Source: Fistulifera solaris
Taxonomy: Eukaryota
Length of the DNA stretch: 45,050 bases
Assembly (NCBI GenBank): GCA_030295235.1
Contig: AP026126.1
Location: 2,108,001-2,153,050, forward strand
Direction of reading: 5' to 3'
Made by a program: the position numbers and the translations under genes. Below the pieces are notes generated by a model that was given only the letters and a program-made list of their open reading frames with translations, did no database searches and was not told the origin of the DNA. Of this stretch, positions 21,522 to 34,782 are shown one piece after another (within the stretch, counting starts at the first letter, position 1; every line of letters starts with the position of its first letter).

Positions 21522-23051
21522 TTACTCCTCCAATAGCTTCGAAACCACGTTAAGAAAAGCGGGTACGTCTTCTTCAAAGGGATCGTGCCCCATATCTTCC
21601 ATGGCCACAATGCGAACAGAAGGAAAGTCCTTCAAAAAGCCTCGAATGCGATTCTCGGGGACAACTTTATCTTTGGAGCCGACCACAACATCCACTTTGA
21701 TTCCCCTGTCTAAAATAGCTTGTAACAGTTCACCATCAGACTTATCACCGGGTAAAAGTTGTGCTGAGGAAAAGCCAATAAAACCTTTCTCCCAACCTTT
21801 CCCAATGGAAGGCCATTGAAAGCGAAGAACGTCACTATTCTTGACACGAAGAGGATTGCCCCACGCCAATTGCAGACCCTTGCGCCAAAAGCCAGGATTG
21901 CCTACTAATCGCCGCAATGCGTATGACAGAATCGCTTGTAAGATCGCAACCGGAAAAGCCAAAAGCGCGTTATTGATCTCTTTGAGACGTGTCAAGTAGG
22001 CAGCAGCTGATGCTGGTCGATGCAAGCGTCTACGAGGATACCCATTCATACCATTCTCCTGTCCTGGCTTGGAAACGCGGGACAAACCCAACGATGGTGC
22101 GACAAGAATGACGCGTACATTCATGCCCGAAGGTAAATCCAAGGCCATTCGCATGGTAGTTATCGAGCCCATGGAGTGTCCGAGGAGTAGAACAGTTTTC
22201 GGAGCCCGCGATTGCAATACAGACATACCCAGTTTGGCGGTAGCCTTCAAAGTGAAATCGTACTTGCTTGACGGTCGATCTGTGAAACCAAATCCAGCCG
22301 CATCATGCCCGAGCACCACGCGAGCTCTCGCTTTCTCTGCCAAGCCTGGAATGGCCGGCAACCACGACAAGGAGGACGCCCCAAAACCGTGATTGACATA
22401 AAGGCAATCCCAGTTTGCCGGTAGTTTTGTATTTTCGTGCTCCAAGAAATGAATACCTGTCGTTCGATCCTCGATTACAAATTTCTCGTATCTTGATAGC
22501 GCTGATGGTAAAAAGTACTTTTGTAAAAGAGTTTCCATGGAAACCCGCGACGGCGGCAAGAAAAAGTCCTGCACCAGCAGCGTCGTGAATGCCCAGAGGA
22601 TGACAGTCTTTACAAGAAACGAGACAATTATTTTCCAATTGTGACGATATAATGCTGAAAATAATCTCCACTGAATGGGATTGGGGTTTGAGAATGTCGT
22701 CAATGCCGCAGTTGCAGCGGAAAAGAGAGCAACAGCGATGTTGGCCGGTCCAGGAAGAGCACGATACGCAGGATGTAAATCGGCGGGAATTTCAAACAAA
22801 TTGGGTTCCTCCGGATGAGGAACAGGAGCTACAGCCTCTGAATCCGCTTTAATGTTATCAGAAAACGAGGAAGAAGACGACGACATGCTTAATCGACTGC
22901 TAGGTGCCGTCAGAGTCGTCGTCTTTTGGCTGGGAAGAGCGATTTGCATTAGCTTTTCGTACGGCAGCTTCAATAGCTTCAGCGGAGAAAAACCCAGCAA
23001 AATCAGTATGATTAGCGTCGTTGTTACTATTGGGATTCGAACAGAATTCAC
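21522..23051 (-). CDS. Alpha/beta-fold hydrolase with N-terminal membrane segments
   Basis: HGFGAS, DAAGFGFTDRP, nucleophile elbow GHSMG, GSKDKVVP, GHDPFEE. Start codon uncertain. Confidence 0.88.
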   Translation of the reverse strand: MNSVRIPIVTTTLIILILLGFSPLKLLKLPYEKLMQIALPSQKTTTLTAPSSRLSMSSSSSSFSDNIKADSEAVAPVPHPEEPNLFEIPADLHPAYRALPGPANIAVALFSAATAALTTFSNPNPIQWRLFSALYRHNWKIIVSFLVKTVILWAFTTLLVQDFFLPPSRVSMETLLQKYFLPSALSRYEKFVIEDRTTGIHFLEHENTKLPANWDCLYVNHGFGASSLSWLPAIPGLAEKARARVVLGHDAAGFGFTDRPSSKYDFTLKATAKLGMSVLQSRAPKTVLLLGHSMGSITTMRMALDLPSGMNVRVILVAPSLGLSRVSKPGQENGMNGYPRRRLHRPASAAAYLTRLKEINNALLAFPVAILQAILSYALRRLVGNPGFWRKGLQLAWGNPLRVKNSDVLRFQWPSIGKGWEKGFIGFSSAQLLPGDKSDGELLQAILDRGIKVDVVVGSKDKVVPENRIRGFLKDFPSVRIVAMEDMGHDPFEEDVPAFLNVVSKLLEE

Positions 23052-23967
23052 ACATGTCTATGTGCTATAATTGCTTATTGTGTGAGGAGAATGATGATGC
23101 GCTCGATCGTTTCGCGTGTTTGCTGTTGCATACAATTGCTGTTGATTATAGTGCGGGTCTGTTTTTCTGTTGGGGGACCGCGTACCAATTAAACAGAAAT
23201 TCCGTCCGACGACGCAAAATACTTATTCAGATTTTCTAGAAATGCAAAGAAACGTCTTACAGAATTTTCGTCTGATGATCCAATATGAGTTTCCAGATTT
23301 TCTGGATGAGTAAAGCTATTTCTTACAGAATTTCCTTCAGAATTCCCAAAAAAATGCGTTTCTAGATTTTATGGAACGCAAAGACAGACCACACAAACGT
23401 CCTACGGAGTAATTAATTTTACTCCCTAATTTCCTAAACATTTTGACAGTTTTTTTTTCGTCGTTCACTTTCATTTTCTCACAAATAGTTTTCTTTTTTC
23501 AACGAAAATGCTTCAGAATTAGCCGTTAAACAAAAGAGACAACTCCTCACACAGAATGTCCGTCTATTTCAAAATGCTCATGTAGATTTTCCGTTCACGG
23601 AAAGGACGCAAGACGTTAGCTTCCAAGTGCTTGTTCCAAATTTTGACTGAATAATAAATACGGAGCAATGATATTGATTCAACATTGAATTTCACAGACT
23701 GCCCAAACAAATAAAAACGGCTGCCCCAATCCATATTCGCAAGCCCCAGCTACTGCCCTGCCAAAACGGAGAGGTTACACACCAATCTTAACGGTATATT
23801 GCGATCTCTAGAGAAAGGGGTTTGGAAACATAATTCTAGCTGCATTAAAAAAGCACTTGATTAGGAAGTATTCGCAATGAAGTCGTATGGAGGGAAGTAC
23901 GCCGTTGTGTAACAGTTCGAAACTTTCGTTAGAGGAAAAAACGTTATAGAGTTTCAACACTTCCCTT

Positions 23968-25753
23968 CTAGTCCCATTCGCCATCGCCAATCAATTCGGA
24001 CGAATCGGGAATGCCAGCAGGCTTCCTATCTTCTTGGTCTTTAGGCTTTGAGTCATCTCCAGTTTCTGCGTTATCTGGTTCGTGTGAAATGTCTTCATCG
24101 TCTTGACCTTCAGCTTCTTCATTAATTGCCACGTCCTTTTCCAGTTCATCTAGATCCTGTGCCGGAACTACGATGTTGGCATCGAATCGTTCGACATCAT
24201 CATCACTCTTAAGCTCCGGTGGAGCCACATAATGTGGCAAGCGACCTCGTTGGTAATCATTAATCATTTGAACTGCCGCTGTACGAGTACACGGGTCACC
24301 ACCTTCCGCAATCGTCCAGCTCGTTTGGCAATCATTTCCAGCAGTTCAGTTGAATTATCCCAATCTTCTGTCAGTTTGTACTGCCCCTTGATGTATTCGG
24401 GTTTCACATTTTTCAAAATGGTATCAATAAATTCATCAGGGTGTTCCAATCGCTCAGCCCGAACAACTCCCTTTAGGACGGAATCCGTTTCGGTGTCACC
24501 GGCCGTATCAACGACAACTCCTGGGCAATCAATCAAGCTAATGCGCTTGAATAGGCTGACATATTGCCAAATCTTGGTTTCTCCCGGGACTGGGGCCACC
24601 TTGCAAGATTTTTGTGAAATGAGCGTGTTGATGACACTACTTTTGCCAACATTCGGATAGCCAATGACCCCTACCGCAATTTCCTTTTTATCCGAATGCA
24701 GTTTTCCAAATTGGCGCAACAAGCTAATGAGAGCTCCTTTACCAAACGCGTGTGTCAAAGATGCGTGGAAAGCAATGGTCGGTCTCGATTTCGCCAATTC
24801 GCCTAACCAGCGCTTCGCTACCCAACTAGGTACCAGGTCGATCTTGTTGAGCACAAAGACTAAGTGCTTGTGACTAGCATGCTTGGCAATATGTTTCTCA
24901 ATCATCGTGCACCTTGTCCCAGGTACATTTCGTGCGTCAATCACGTGTAGAATAACGTCCGACGAGTCCACCACTTTAAAGAATTCTCCCCAAATGCGCT
25001 TGGATTGACCTTTCAAGAATAGATCATCTTTTCGCTCCGGTCTCCAGTCTGGTCGGTCCGTCATAATCTGGTGATCCTTACCCCAGGGTACTATATCGTC
25101 GCGATTGTTAATTTCCTCGTAGGTGTCATGGGACTTTTGCGCTGTTTGCAACAGGGTCGAGTAATCCATCTTGGACTGCACAGGCGTCTCGGCTTTCCCA
25201 GTCTCTGTGCTTTTCTGATCTTGTTTTTGACGTCGGAGCGTGCAACAAATAGCTGATCCAGTTTTACGCGTTTTCTCCTGGAGCTGTGCGAAAAAGCTTG
25301 CTCAAATGGTTCCTGTTCGAGGAGCGCGCGTTTGTTCTGCGTCGAGTATTCCGCCGCTTCTTTCAACAATCCTAAGGGCACTTTGTGTCTCTTAAGAACA
25401 ACACTATAGGGATCACTTTGCTGTTCAAGCATACTGGTTCGAAATGCATCTAATTGTTGCGGATCAACCACACGCGTATTACCAAACCATCTTCGATCCG
25501 GTTGAATACGTCCCGTTGCGGCGGTGATTTCTCGATCACCCGCCCGCGTATCCATCATGTGCGATCCGGCAACAATCTTTCCCTTCTTATCACGAATAGC
25601 TTTCCCATTTGAATACATTTTCAAGCGTTGAATAGCTTCGGCTGAGCGTGTCGTAGAACTAGAATTTTCTTTCTGTTTTACGCGGCCTTTGCCGAGTTTA
25701 CTAGCGGCGCCAGTCTTTGGCAAGCGATTGGTTCGTTTCATTGACGATGACAT
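23968..25753 (-). CDS. NOG2: Nucleolar GTP-binding protein 2 (NOG2/GNL2), 2 frameshifts
   Basis: NGP1NT region (RIQPDRRWFGNTR), KGQSKRIWGEFFKVVDSSDV, NKID, GYPNVGKSS, DCPG, NDYQRGRLP. Adding one A at 25224-25228 and one at 24304-24305 gives a continuous frame. Confidence 0.93.
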
Positions 25754-26185
25754 GATTTGTATTCGATAAATTAATATACTGTTTAGCTCCTTTAATGTCT
25801 CTTAACATGTATGCAGAGAAAACAATCGATTTTCCTTGTTGCTCTCTTTCGCCCCGACCAAGCATGCTGAAAAAATTGGTTGGCAGCTTTTGCACCATCG
25901 TCTGGGCGACGACCGATTTCCTCAACCAGTGAAAGTTTCATGTACATGTAGCCTCCAAAGCCTCGGTGTGACATCAAGCCTACATTTTGTTTCTGAGAAA
26001 GAGCGCCGATAGCTTGAAAGTACGCAAAACGTAGTTTTGGTTGGTGGTGTTATGTTGTCGTTGTGAACTCCTTTTTCCTTCCTCTCATTTCCACATTACA
26101 AGTACTTCTACTTTCGAATACTTTGTACAGTACCTGGTATTCATTTCAAAGCTTCAAAATCATCAACTCATCGATAATAATAAAC

Positions 26186-26991
26186 ATGTCAAAGCAGCAA
26201 TATTTGTACATAATCCGTCACGGCGATCGTTGGGATTACGAGAATCCTGACTGGGCTTCCTCACGATCTGGTGATCCTCCATTGAGCTTGTTAGGGCATG
26301 TACAAGCTCGGGAAACCGGTGCATTCTTACAAAAGACTTGCTGCAGCGGCGGCATCGACTTGAAGACATCACCTTCTTGGTTTCCCCTTTCCTTAGAACT
26401 ATACAAACTGCGAATGAAATCATCGACCAACTCGGTCACATTCCATCTCACAACGAAACGACACTATCGCGGGTCAAAATATTGCCTGAATATAGTATTT
26501 TCGAATGGGATGGACACCATGGTGAATGGCATGCGTGTTTGCCATCGATGCACGAGCGGGTGCATTACTTCCCGAGAATTGATCCTTCACACGAGAGCTT
26601 GTTCGTTCCGGAGTTGCCGGAACCCAAATCCATGTTCCGAAATAGATGCAAAAAAGCAGCCGATTTGCTCGTGACACAATATCCGGTAGAGCGATATCCT
26701 GCTTTGGTACTAATCACACACGCTGCAGGATGTATAGGACTTTCGTCCGCGACTAGTAATAGTCCTTTAGAGGCCATTACTCCAGCTGCGCCGTGCGGTG
26801 TTTACCGATTGACGCGATCATCGTCACAGTCTTTATGGACGTTGCCACCACACGATGATATGTGGAATGGACATACCGATCATTTGTCGGATATTGGACG
26901 GCATACAACACCTTGGAATCATTTTGGAGATAAATCGACGAATTTGGGCTACACTGGTCCACCAAACAGTCGTTTCGCGCCAGCTCCTTGA
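26186..26991 (+). CDS. Histidine phosphatase / phosphoglycerate mutase family protein (1 frameshift near 26345)
   Basis: YIIRHGDRWD, DPPLSLLGHVQA, SPFLRTIQTA, LITHAAG. Confidence 0.88.
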
Positions 26992-28306
26992 AAATCATTA
27001 GTTGCGGCCGATGCATTCTAACCCAACAACCTATGTTTCTCGAGTACGTATAATGAATGACTATATTTGTTACAGTTCGTCCCGGAAGAAACTTTTTTCT
27101 GTCGGCTAATACTCGCTACTCACAATTGACTAAAATACACGGAAAAGAGAGGCTGCTCTCTAGAAGAAATAAACTACACGCACGTAAGAATTGGTTGCAG
27201 CGTGTTTATAGCTGAACATTAGCTATTCGGAGTTCATCGTGGCACTTGGGACAAACCATTTTGATCGACGACTTGCTAGTGTCAGGTGAGTCATCATCAA
27301 CATTGGATTGACAGACACTACTGGGAGGAATGCGGATCCGCCAAATCCGAAGAGAGTGTTAGAGTCTCATCCAAGATGCGTAACAGCTTTGCCCGTCGTT
27401 CTTCTGCTGATAGAGTTGACGAGCGTCACACTCGAGACAACACTCTCGTTGCAGCAGTTACATATGAGTTTGGTAGTTGGAAATGTGACCGTCAACATGC
27501 ATAAGATAGACACAGCTAATAAATGACATTCTCTTTCCTTGTGGATGTGGTTTGGACTGGGCGCCTTTTATTGGTGACGAGTTTATAGATTGTGACCTCG
27601 AGGATGACAACGATGTTGCGTTTCCGTGCCTATGGGGGTTCCGGTAGGCTCTAGCTCTAGACTCTTTTGGACTTCTCTAGACTCTAGAGGCTGATCCTGT
27701 CTGATCGTCAATACGTTCGGTGTCTGTCAGTCGTCCAATCTTTCAAGCGTTAAATCGAACTTCCCAACGTCTGCCAGACGGAAGCTGTACACTTTCATTC
27801 ACTCAAGTTCACGCACTAGTACGTTGCTGGACGGCGGCATTGACCACGCGGTGCGGCGGCTTCATCAACATAGCGGTTGCACCTCTTCGTCTGCGATCTC
27901 TGGACAACAATTATTATCTCATCGTCAAGAATTACTCTTTCGTTATCTTTGGTCCTTTGCTTTCCTTCAATAAAATTGAGAAAATACTTGGAACGGAAGC
28001 TAGTGAACGCGTAAACTTTTCTAGTTCTTTTGCTGTCGCGTCGCTATTGGTTGTCTGCGCTGCTAAGCTTACGGGTCCGCGGATCTTCCTCCTTTCACAA
28101 GTTGGAGCTGATTTGTGTCGATTCTCCTTGCATTTTTTGCCGACGGAAGGTCTCTCTCTTTTCTTGTAACGCTGCGAAGAGCGCGTGTTTAAGACACGTC
28201 GACATCATTTGAAATTCGAGTATCTTTGTGGCATTCGCAGTAGTCTCGATTATTATTTGCAAATCGTTTTTTAATTCCAAAGAAGGACGCTGCAACAACG
28301 TTCAAC

Positions 28307-31300
28307 ATGGATGCATCTCAGTTACAGCAAGTTGAGGCTCTTTGTGAGACGCTCTACACGGGCGTTCCTACGAAAATGGGCGATGTTTCGATCACAAGAC
28401 AAGAAGCGCAGCAGCGCCTCTTGTCTCTTCAGTCGTCTCCGGAATTCATTCCGCAATGTCAGTACATCTTAGATACCAGCCAGTCCCATTACGCACGCCT
28501 AGTTGCAAGCAATAGTCTCATCGAGCTTGTTACTGTGCACTGGAACAATTACACGGTACCGCAGCGTGTCGATATTCGAAATTACGTTCTTCACTATTTG
28601 GGAGTCCAAGGTCCGACCTTACCCGACTTTTTGACGCTCAGCTTGGTCAAACTCGTTTGCCGGATCACGAAGCTTGGATGGTTTGATGATCCTGCGCATC
28701 GAGAAATGGTAGACGAGGTCACAAAGTTTCTTAGCGCCACAATTGGGCACTGCATTTTGGGTTTGAAAATACTGAACTTGCTAGTTGACGAATTGAATAT
28801 TCCGAGTTCTGGTAGAACCCTAACGCAGCACCGGAAGACGAGTGTTAGCTTTCGCGATGTTGCTCTGCTTAAAGTATTTCAGCTGGGACTCACGACGCTG
28901 AAACAGTTACAGTCGGGTGCGATAGGTAATTTGCAGTGGCGTGTGCTATAGTTGTTCTTTACAATCACAGTTCCTCAACCAATTTTTGACGTCGCCCCCA
29001 CTATAGCCAATGCGGATAATCGTCAACAGGCGGAACTGGGACTTCAGTCTCTGTCTCTTGTAGTGCGATGTCTCAATTTTGATTTTATCGGAACTAACTC
29101 AGATGAATCTACCGAAGACGTCGGAACCATTCAAGCCCCGACGGCTTGGCGAGGTCTTATCGCAGACCCGGCGACCATGGATTTGCTGTTGGAGTTCTAT
29201 GCAAAAACAGAACCACCACAAAGCTCAAAAGCCATGGAAGCATTGATTTTAATAAGTAGTGTCCGACGATCGCTGTTTCCTACTGATAAGGAGAGAGCTG
29301 CTTTTTTATCGAAACTCATCGACGGTATTCGGAAGCTTTTGTTGAACCGAACAGGATTGAACCATCAGGATAATTATCACGAATTCTGTCGTCTACTTGG
29401 AAGACTGAAAGCGAATTATCAATTGAACGAGCTGGTCAAGACAGAAGGCTACTTGGAATGGCTGGAGCTAGCTGCGAATTTCACACAACAGAGCCTGGAA
29501 AATTGGCAATATTCCACCAATTCCATTCATTATCTGCTTGCCCTTTGGGCTCGCCTTGTCGCAGCAATGCCTTATGTCCGAGCGGAGGCGGGCAATCGAA
29601 GTCATGCCGACCATTTGAAGACGCAGGTCTTGAGTGTCGTGCAGACATACATTACAAGCATGTTGCAATCCGTGCCGACCGTGCTTCAAAATGGTTTGGA
29701 CGACCCGCTGGAAGACGACGGTAGTTTGAAAGAGCAGCTGGATCGATTGCCAGTGATTTGTCGCTTCGAGTATAGTGCTGTTGCGACGATGATTCTTGAC
29801 AAGTTCGACCCGTTGATGACACAATACAGAAATGCCGTGACTACGCTGGGTACTAGTGCGACTTCAGCTGCTCCAGAAAACGTGCAGCAGAATGTAGCTA
29901 TCATTGAAGGTCAGTTGACATGGTTAGTCTACATAGTGGGAGCTGTTGTGGGAGGACACTCTTGGTCGACATCACAAACAGAAGGGAACGAAACTATGGA
30001 CGCCAGTTTGTCGAGGCGCGTTTTGCAGCTGGCACAGGGTATGGATTACCGCTTGACGAGTAGTCAGGGCCAAGGGCGTGCGGATCGTAAACTTGAAGAA
30101 GCGCTATTGTTCTATTTTCAAAACTTTCGCCGCGTTTACATGTTTATGTGGGACCAAATGAGTGGCAATGCCAGTTCCAACGCGACTGAGAACATCGTCA
30201 GCATGATGACGTCCAAACTAGATCATGCTGCTGGTGGTCCCTCAACGAAGCAGCAAATTTATCTTCGAATGTTTGATCATCTCGGCATGGGCGACCACTC
30301 AGAAGTGTCTAATCTAATTATTACAAAAATGGGAAACAATTTGAAATACTGGCCCGAAGATGATGAACTGATCGGGAAGACGTTAGAGCTTTTGCACGAC
30401 ATGGCACAAGGATATTCTAGCAGCAAAATGCTTTTGACGTTGGACACCGTACGATATTTGACGTCACACCATACTGAAGAACATTTTTCCTTTCTGCTCA
30501 CGAGCAACCCAAAGCATCGCACAACGTTTCATGCCACGCTGACACGATTGCTGTTATCGCCCAGTGGCGAGGAAAAGTTGGCCATGACCCTGGAACAATT
30601 CTTGGAACCCGTAATAGCAAAGATGACGCAACTAAATGCAATGCCTCCGGCGGACCTCCGACAAGAGCAGTGTCGAATGCCTCTGATCGGCGTCTTGCGC
30701 GATTTGCGTGGAATTACAAGTAGTTTGCACAACCGCAAGACGTACGGGCAGCTCTTTGATATTTTGCATCCGCATCACCTACCCCTTTTATCGAAGATCG
30801 CTGATGTTTGGGCCGATCAAAATGATGTTGCAATATCGCTTTTACGGTTCCTTCATGAATTCTGCAGCAACAAAGCCAACCGTGTAAATTTTGACCAGTC
30901 AAGTCCGAATGGCATTTTGCTCTTTCGATGCACCAGTGATGTCGTTTGTGCTTACGGTCGCCGACTGCTCGCCATGCCGCCCTTATCTCCCAATGATCCC
31001 GAGTTGTACAAAAAACGATACAAGGGACTTTCCCTTGCTTTGAATATTTTGAATTCAAGCCTAGGTGGAAATTACGTTTGCTTTGGTGTATTTGATTTGT
31101 ACCAGGACCGTGCCCTTGACAACGCACTTGATGTGGCTTTGCGACTTGCCTTAAGCGTGCCCGGCGATGACATACAATCGTATGTGAAGTTAAGCAAGGC
31201 TTACTTTTCGTTTTTGGAGATTCTTTTCCGCAATCATAGAAATGCAATCTTCGGTCTCGAAACGAGTGTTTTCATGCAAATCATGACCGCTATACATGAT

Positions 31301-31808
31301 GGCTTGCAAGCTAGCGACGCCACCATTAGTGCCTTTTGTGCCAACTCCATTGATCACCTGGCAACGTTCTACTTTTCCAATGCACAAAAAGACCGACCGG
31401 AAGTCAGAAGTCTTAACAAGGTATGTTGGTGATTGGATATTTGGGTTATTTTTTCTTAATGTTTATGGCTTTTTACTCATTATTTGACAGCATTTGCAAG
31501 CACAGCCAAACTTGTTTAGCAGTCTTATGTCTACCTTATTTAATCTGCTTTTGTATGGTCCACCTCAGAATCATTGGGCGGTGATGCGTCCTATGCTTTC
31601 GTTGATGCTCGCGAGTGAAGCTAGCTATACAGCGTACAAGACCCATCTTTTGAGTACACAGTCTCCCGAAAATCAGGTCAAACTATCGGAAGCATTTGAG
31701 ACATTGACTGTGGACGTAACTCGCAGCCTAGACAACACGAATCGTGATCGCTTTACACAGAAGCTAACAGCGTTTCGAATGGCCGTTCGAGGCTTTTTGA
31801 CGCTTTAA
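28307..31808 (+). CDS. XPO7: Exportin-7 (RanBP16/17 family); 3 exons
   Basis: RITKLGWFD, HRKTSVSFRD, CLNFDFIG, YHEFCRLLGRLKANYQL, SSPNGILLFR, GNYVCFGVFDLY, NRDRFTQ. Introns 28926-29006 and 31421-31490 keep the frame. Confidence 0.93.
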
Positions 31809-32223
31809 ACGATTTATAAGAGATGGAATGGGTAAAATACCATAGCTGACGCGTTTTATTCAAACTAGTAAATTAATAAAATAATTCGAAGAAGTTTACC
31901 GAGGCGGGTTTCTTGTTTGGCATGTCTCTATTTTCCATTCCCGAACGAGCGGAAAGGTTGTTGGTTGTTTACTCTGATACCAGTACTACGTAGTATGTAC
32001 CAGTACAAATCGATTGTCCTTATTATCACCCGTTATGGTGTATGGTGTTCCTCGTTTCGAAGTTTCCTTGTCGTTCTTTGGTCGTCGTCGGTCAAAGATC
32101 GAAGGCGCCGCCTTTCTCTTTTCCGCGCATAACAACAGCAAACAAAATAAATGCTGTCGACGTTCACGACAAATACTTGTTTTTCTCCTTATCCTCATTC
32201 TTCATACATCCAAACCCTCAACG

Positions 32224-34782
32224 ATGGAATCAGTTCGCAATCTAGCGGAAAATTGTCGTATTCCGGCAGCATCTGATCGCGTCTTAAACACAGAGTGTGT
32301 TTACACCTTTCACACGCCTCTCCGAGGAGGAATCTACGTCAGTTGTGTTGATTTCATAGGTGTTTATCGTCCTAAAGTCCCTGGATTGTACGTCAAAATC
32401 ACACAGACTTCGAAGCGAAAGGATCTTGAGCAAAACAGGAATGTAGAGGCTACAAAGTTGGCAATCAATGTTGAAGGAGGATTCGATACCGAACGTTACG
32501 AAATCGTTTCGCAATACGCCGTTGCTGTTATTGACGAAGATTGCAATATTGCTGTTGAGCTGCCTTTCAACGATGAAACGAAAGATACTTTTCCTCCCCG
32601 AGTTGTTCAGTCGGTAGAATCCATACTTCATCACACAACGCTCACCACGCAACAAGAAGTCACACAATGGGAACTCGAAGCCGAGCCCATCCCAGTGAGC
32701 AAGTACGCAGCTGACTTGCCTTTTATTGATAATGGTATCACGATATCGCCTCATCCCTCTGATTGGAAGTGTCAAAAAGACGGATCGACCGCTAATTTGT
32801 GGCTGAATCTTAGCGATGGATTTATCGGAGGAGGCCGAAAGAATTGGGATGGCTCTGGAGGATCGAACGGTGCCTTGGATCATTACGAAGAAACTGGTCG
32901 TAAATATCCACTGGTGGTAAAATTAGGTACTATTAGTCAAGAAAGTGCCGATTGCTACAGTTACGCGCCCGATGAAGATGGACCTGTGAAAGTTCCCAAT
33001 TTGGCGGAGTTGCTTGCGAAGCGGGGTATACAAGTGGGTACTTTGTAAGTAGTCAGATGGATCTAATATCGTTTGTGGACTTTATCCCGAAACAATCTCT
33101 GATATTTGCGTGATATTAATGACAGGCAAAAAACGGTCAAATCGACCGCCGAAATGGAAGTGGAATTAAATGCGACGTACGCCTTTGACGCGATTACGGA
33201 AGAGGGTACCCATCTTCAACCGGTTGCTTTGCCAGGTCTACAGAATCTAGGGAACTCGTGCTATTTGAATTCAGTCGTACAGATGCTCTTTTCCATCCCA
33301 GAACTTGCTCACCGATACGGTCAGACTGCGCACGATGCTTTGTGCCACGGAGTGGCCCCGAAAGATGCCGTTTCGAACGTTTTGGTGCAAACCACTCGAC
33401 TCGCGTCTGCTTTGACTGGCGAGACATTTTTGAAACCGCTTGAAGCAGATGTTGAAGATCCGCAATACCGTTTGGCCCCGAGATTGTTTAAACACTGCAT
33501 TGGCAAGGAGCATGTCGACTTTTCTACCGGGCAACAACAGGATGCCGCCCACTTTCTGCAATATTTTCTGGAGCTTCTTGACCGCACAGAGCTCTCCCAC
33601 ACAGCTACAGCATCAAACATGTTGCAGCCCTGCTCCAGTCACCTCTTCGCATTCGCCACGGAACAGCGTAGGGTTTGCTTGGCAGATCAGGCGATAAAAT
33701 ATTCTACATCGGTAGCACCCGAAACAGTTCTTAGTTTGCGAATTCCCATGGAAAATGCTGTTGTCAAAGAAGACGATGGGGCCTCCATCACCGAAACACT
33801 GAAATCACCTGATTTGAAGCGAATGAAAAAGGATGGGGACGACGAAGAGCCGATACCCAGCATCTCCATGAGTGTGATTGTGGCATCATGGGCAGCAGAA
33901 AGTACTGTTGCCGACCTTCGGTGGAAGCATCTTGGTGATCAAGTTCATGCAGCTCATGAAACTGTGCGGTTGGAAAACTATCCTCGGTATTTGCTCGTCC
34001 AATTGCAGCGCTATACGTTGGGCCCAGATTGGCAGCCCGTCAAACTCAAAGTAAAAGTGGAAAGCGCAGATTCTACGTTGGATCTGACACCCTATCGAGC
34101 TAAAGGCCCACAGCCAGGTGAAATAATTGTTCCGGATGACCCTGAAGAAGGCAAGGCAGCTGCGTCCGTTTCGATTGACGAAGGGGCCTTATCACAGTTA
34201 ATGGATATGGGATTTTCCATGAATAGTTGCAAGCGCGCTCTTCACGCCGTTGGAGGCAGTGATGTAGAAGCCGCCATGGGATGGGTGTTTGAGCACAATA
34301 ACGATCCTGACTTTAACGACCCCTTACCAGAGGATGCGATGAATACCGGCGGAGGCAGCGGAGGGGTAGACGATGCTGTTGTAGAATCACTCGTGGCCAG
34401 TTTGGGCTGCTTCACGACCGATCAGGTGCGGGCGGCCTTGAATGAATGTGGAGGTGCTGCCGATCGTGCCGCTGATTGGCTCTTTTCCCACATGGACGAT
34501 TTAGACAGTGCCATCAATGGGTTGAAAAGTACTCAATCGGTGGATGCGCCGAAGTTTCCACTCGAAGATGGAGAGGGCAAGTACAAGCTAACGGGTATGA
34601 TCTCACATATTGGGAAGCACACAGGAAGCGGGCATTATGTCGCCCACGTGTTACGCGATAGAAAATGGATTATTTTTAATGATGAAAAAGTGGCCGAGTC
34701 CGCAGAGCCACCTTTCCCTCACGCATATCTTTACCTATATCAGCGAGTTGACACCATTGATAAGCCTCATCAGGGGTACTAG
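32224..34782 (+). CDS. UBP14: Ubiquitin C-terminal hydrolase USP5/UBP14 (ZnF-UBP, USP, two UBA domains); 2 exons
   Basis: NLWLNLSDGFIGGGR..YPLVVKLGTI, Cys box GLQNLGNSCYLNS, QQDA, UBA motifs LMDMGF and AADWLFSH, His box GHYVAH..FNDEKV. Intron 33045-33125. Confidence 0.93.

Noticed and set aside
23968..25753. NOG2, helicase and GH81 as pseudogenes or programmed frameshifting
   Set aside because: Single-base indels with otherwise intact motifs are better explained by sequencing error; no consistent slippery-site signal was seen.
27720..28298. ORFs upstream of exportin-7 on both strands
   Set aside because: Fragmented, and the only candidate intron (29 nt) is far shorter than the 67-84 nt seen elsewhere.
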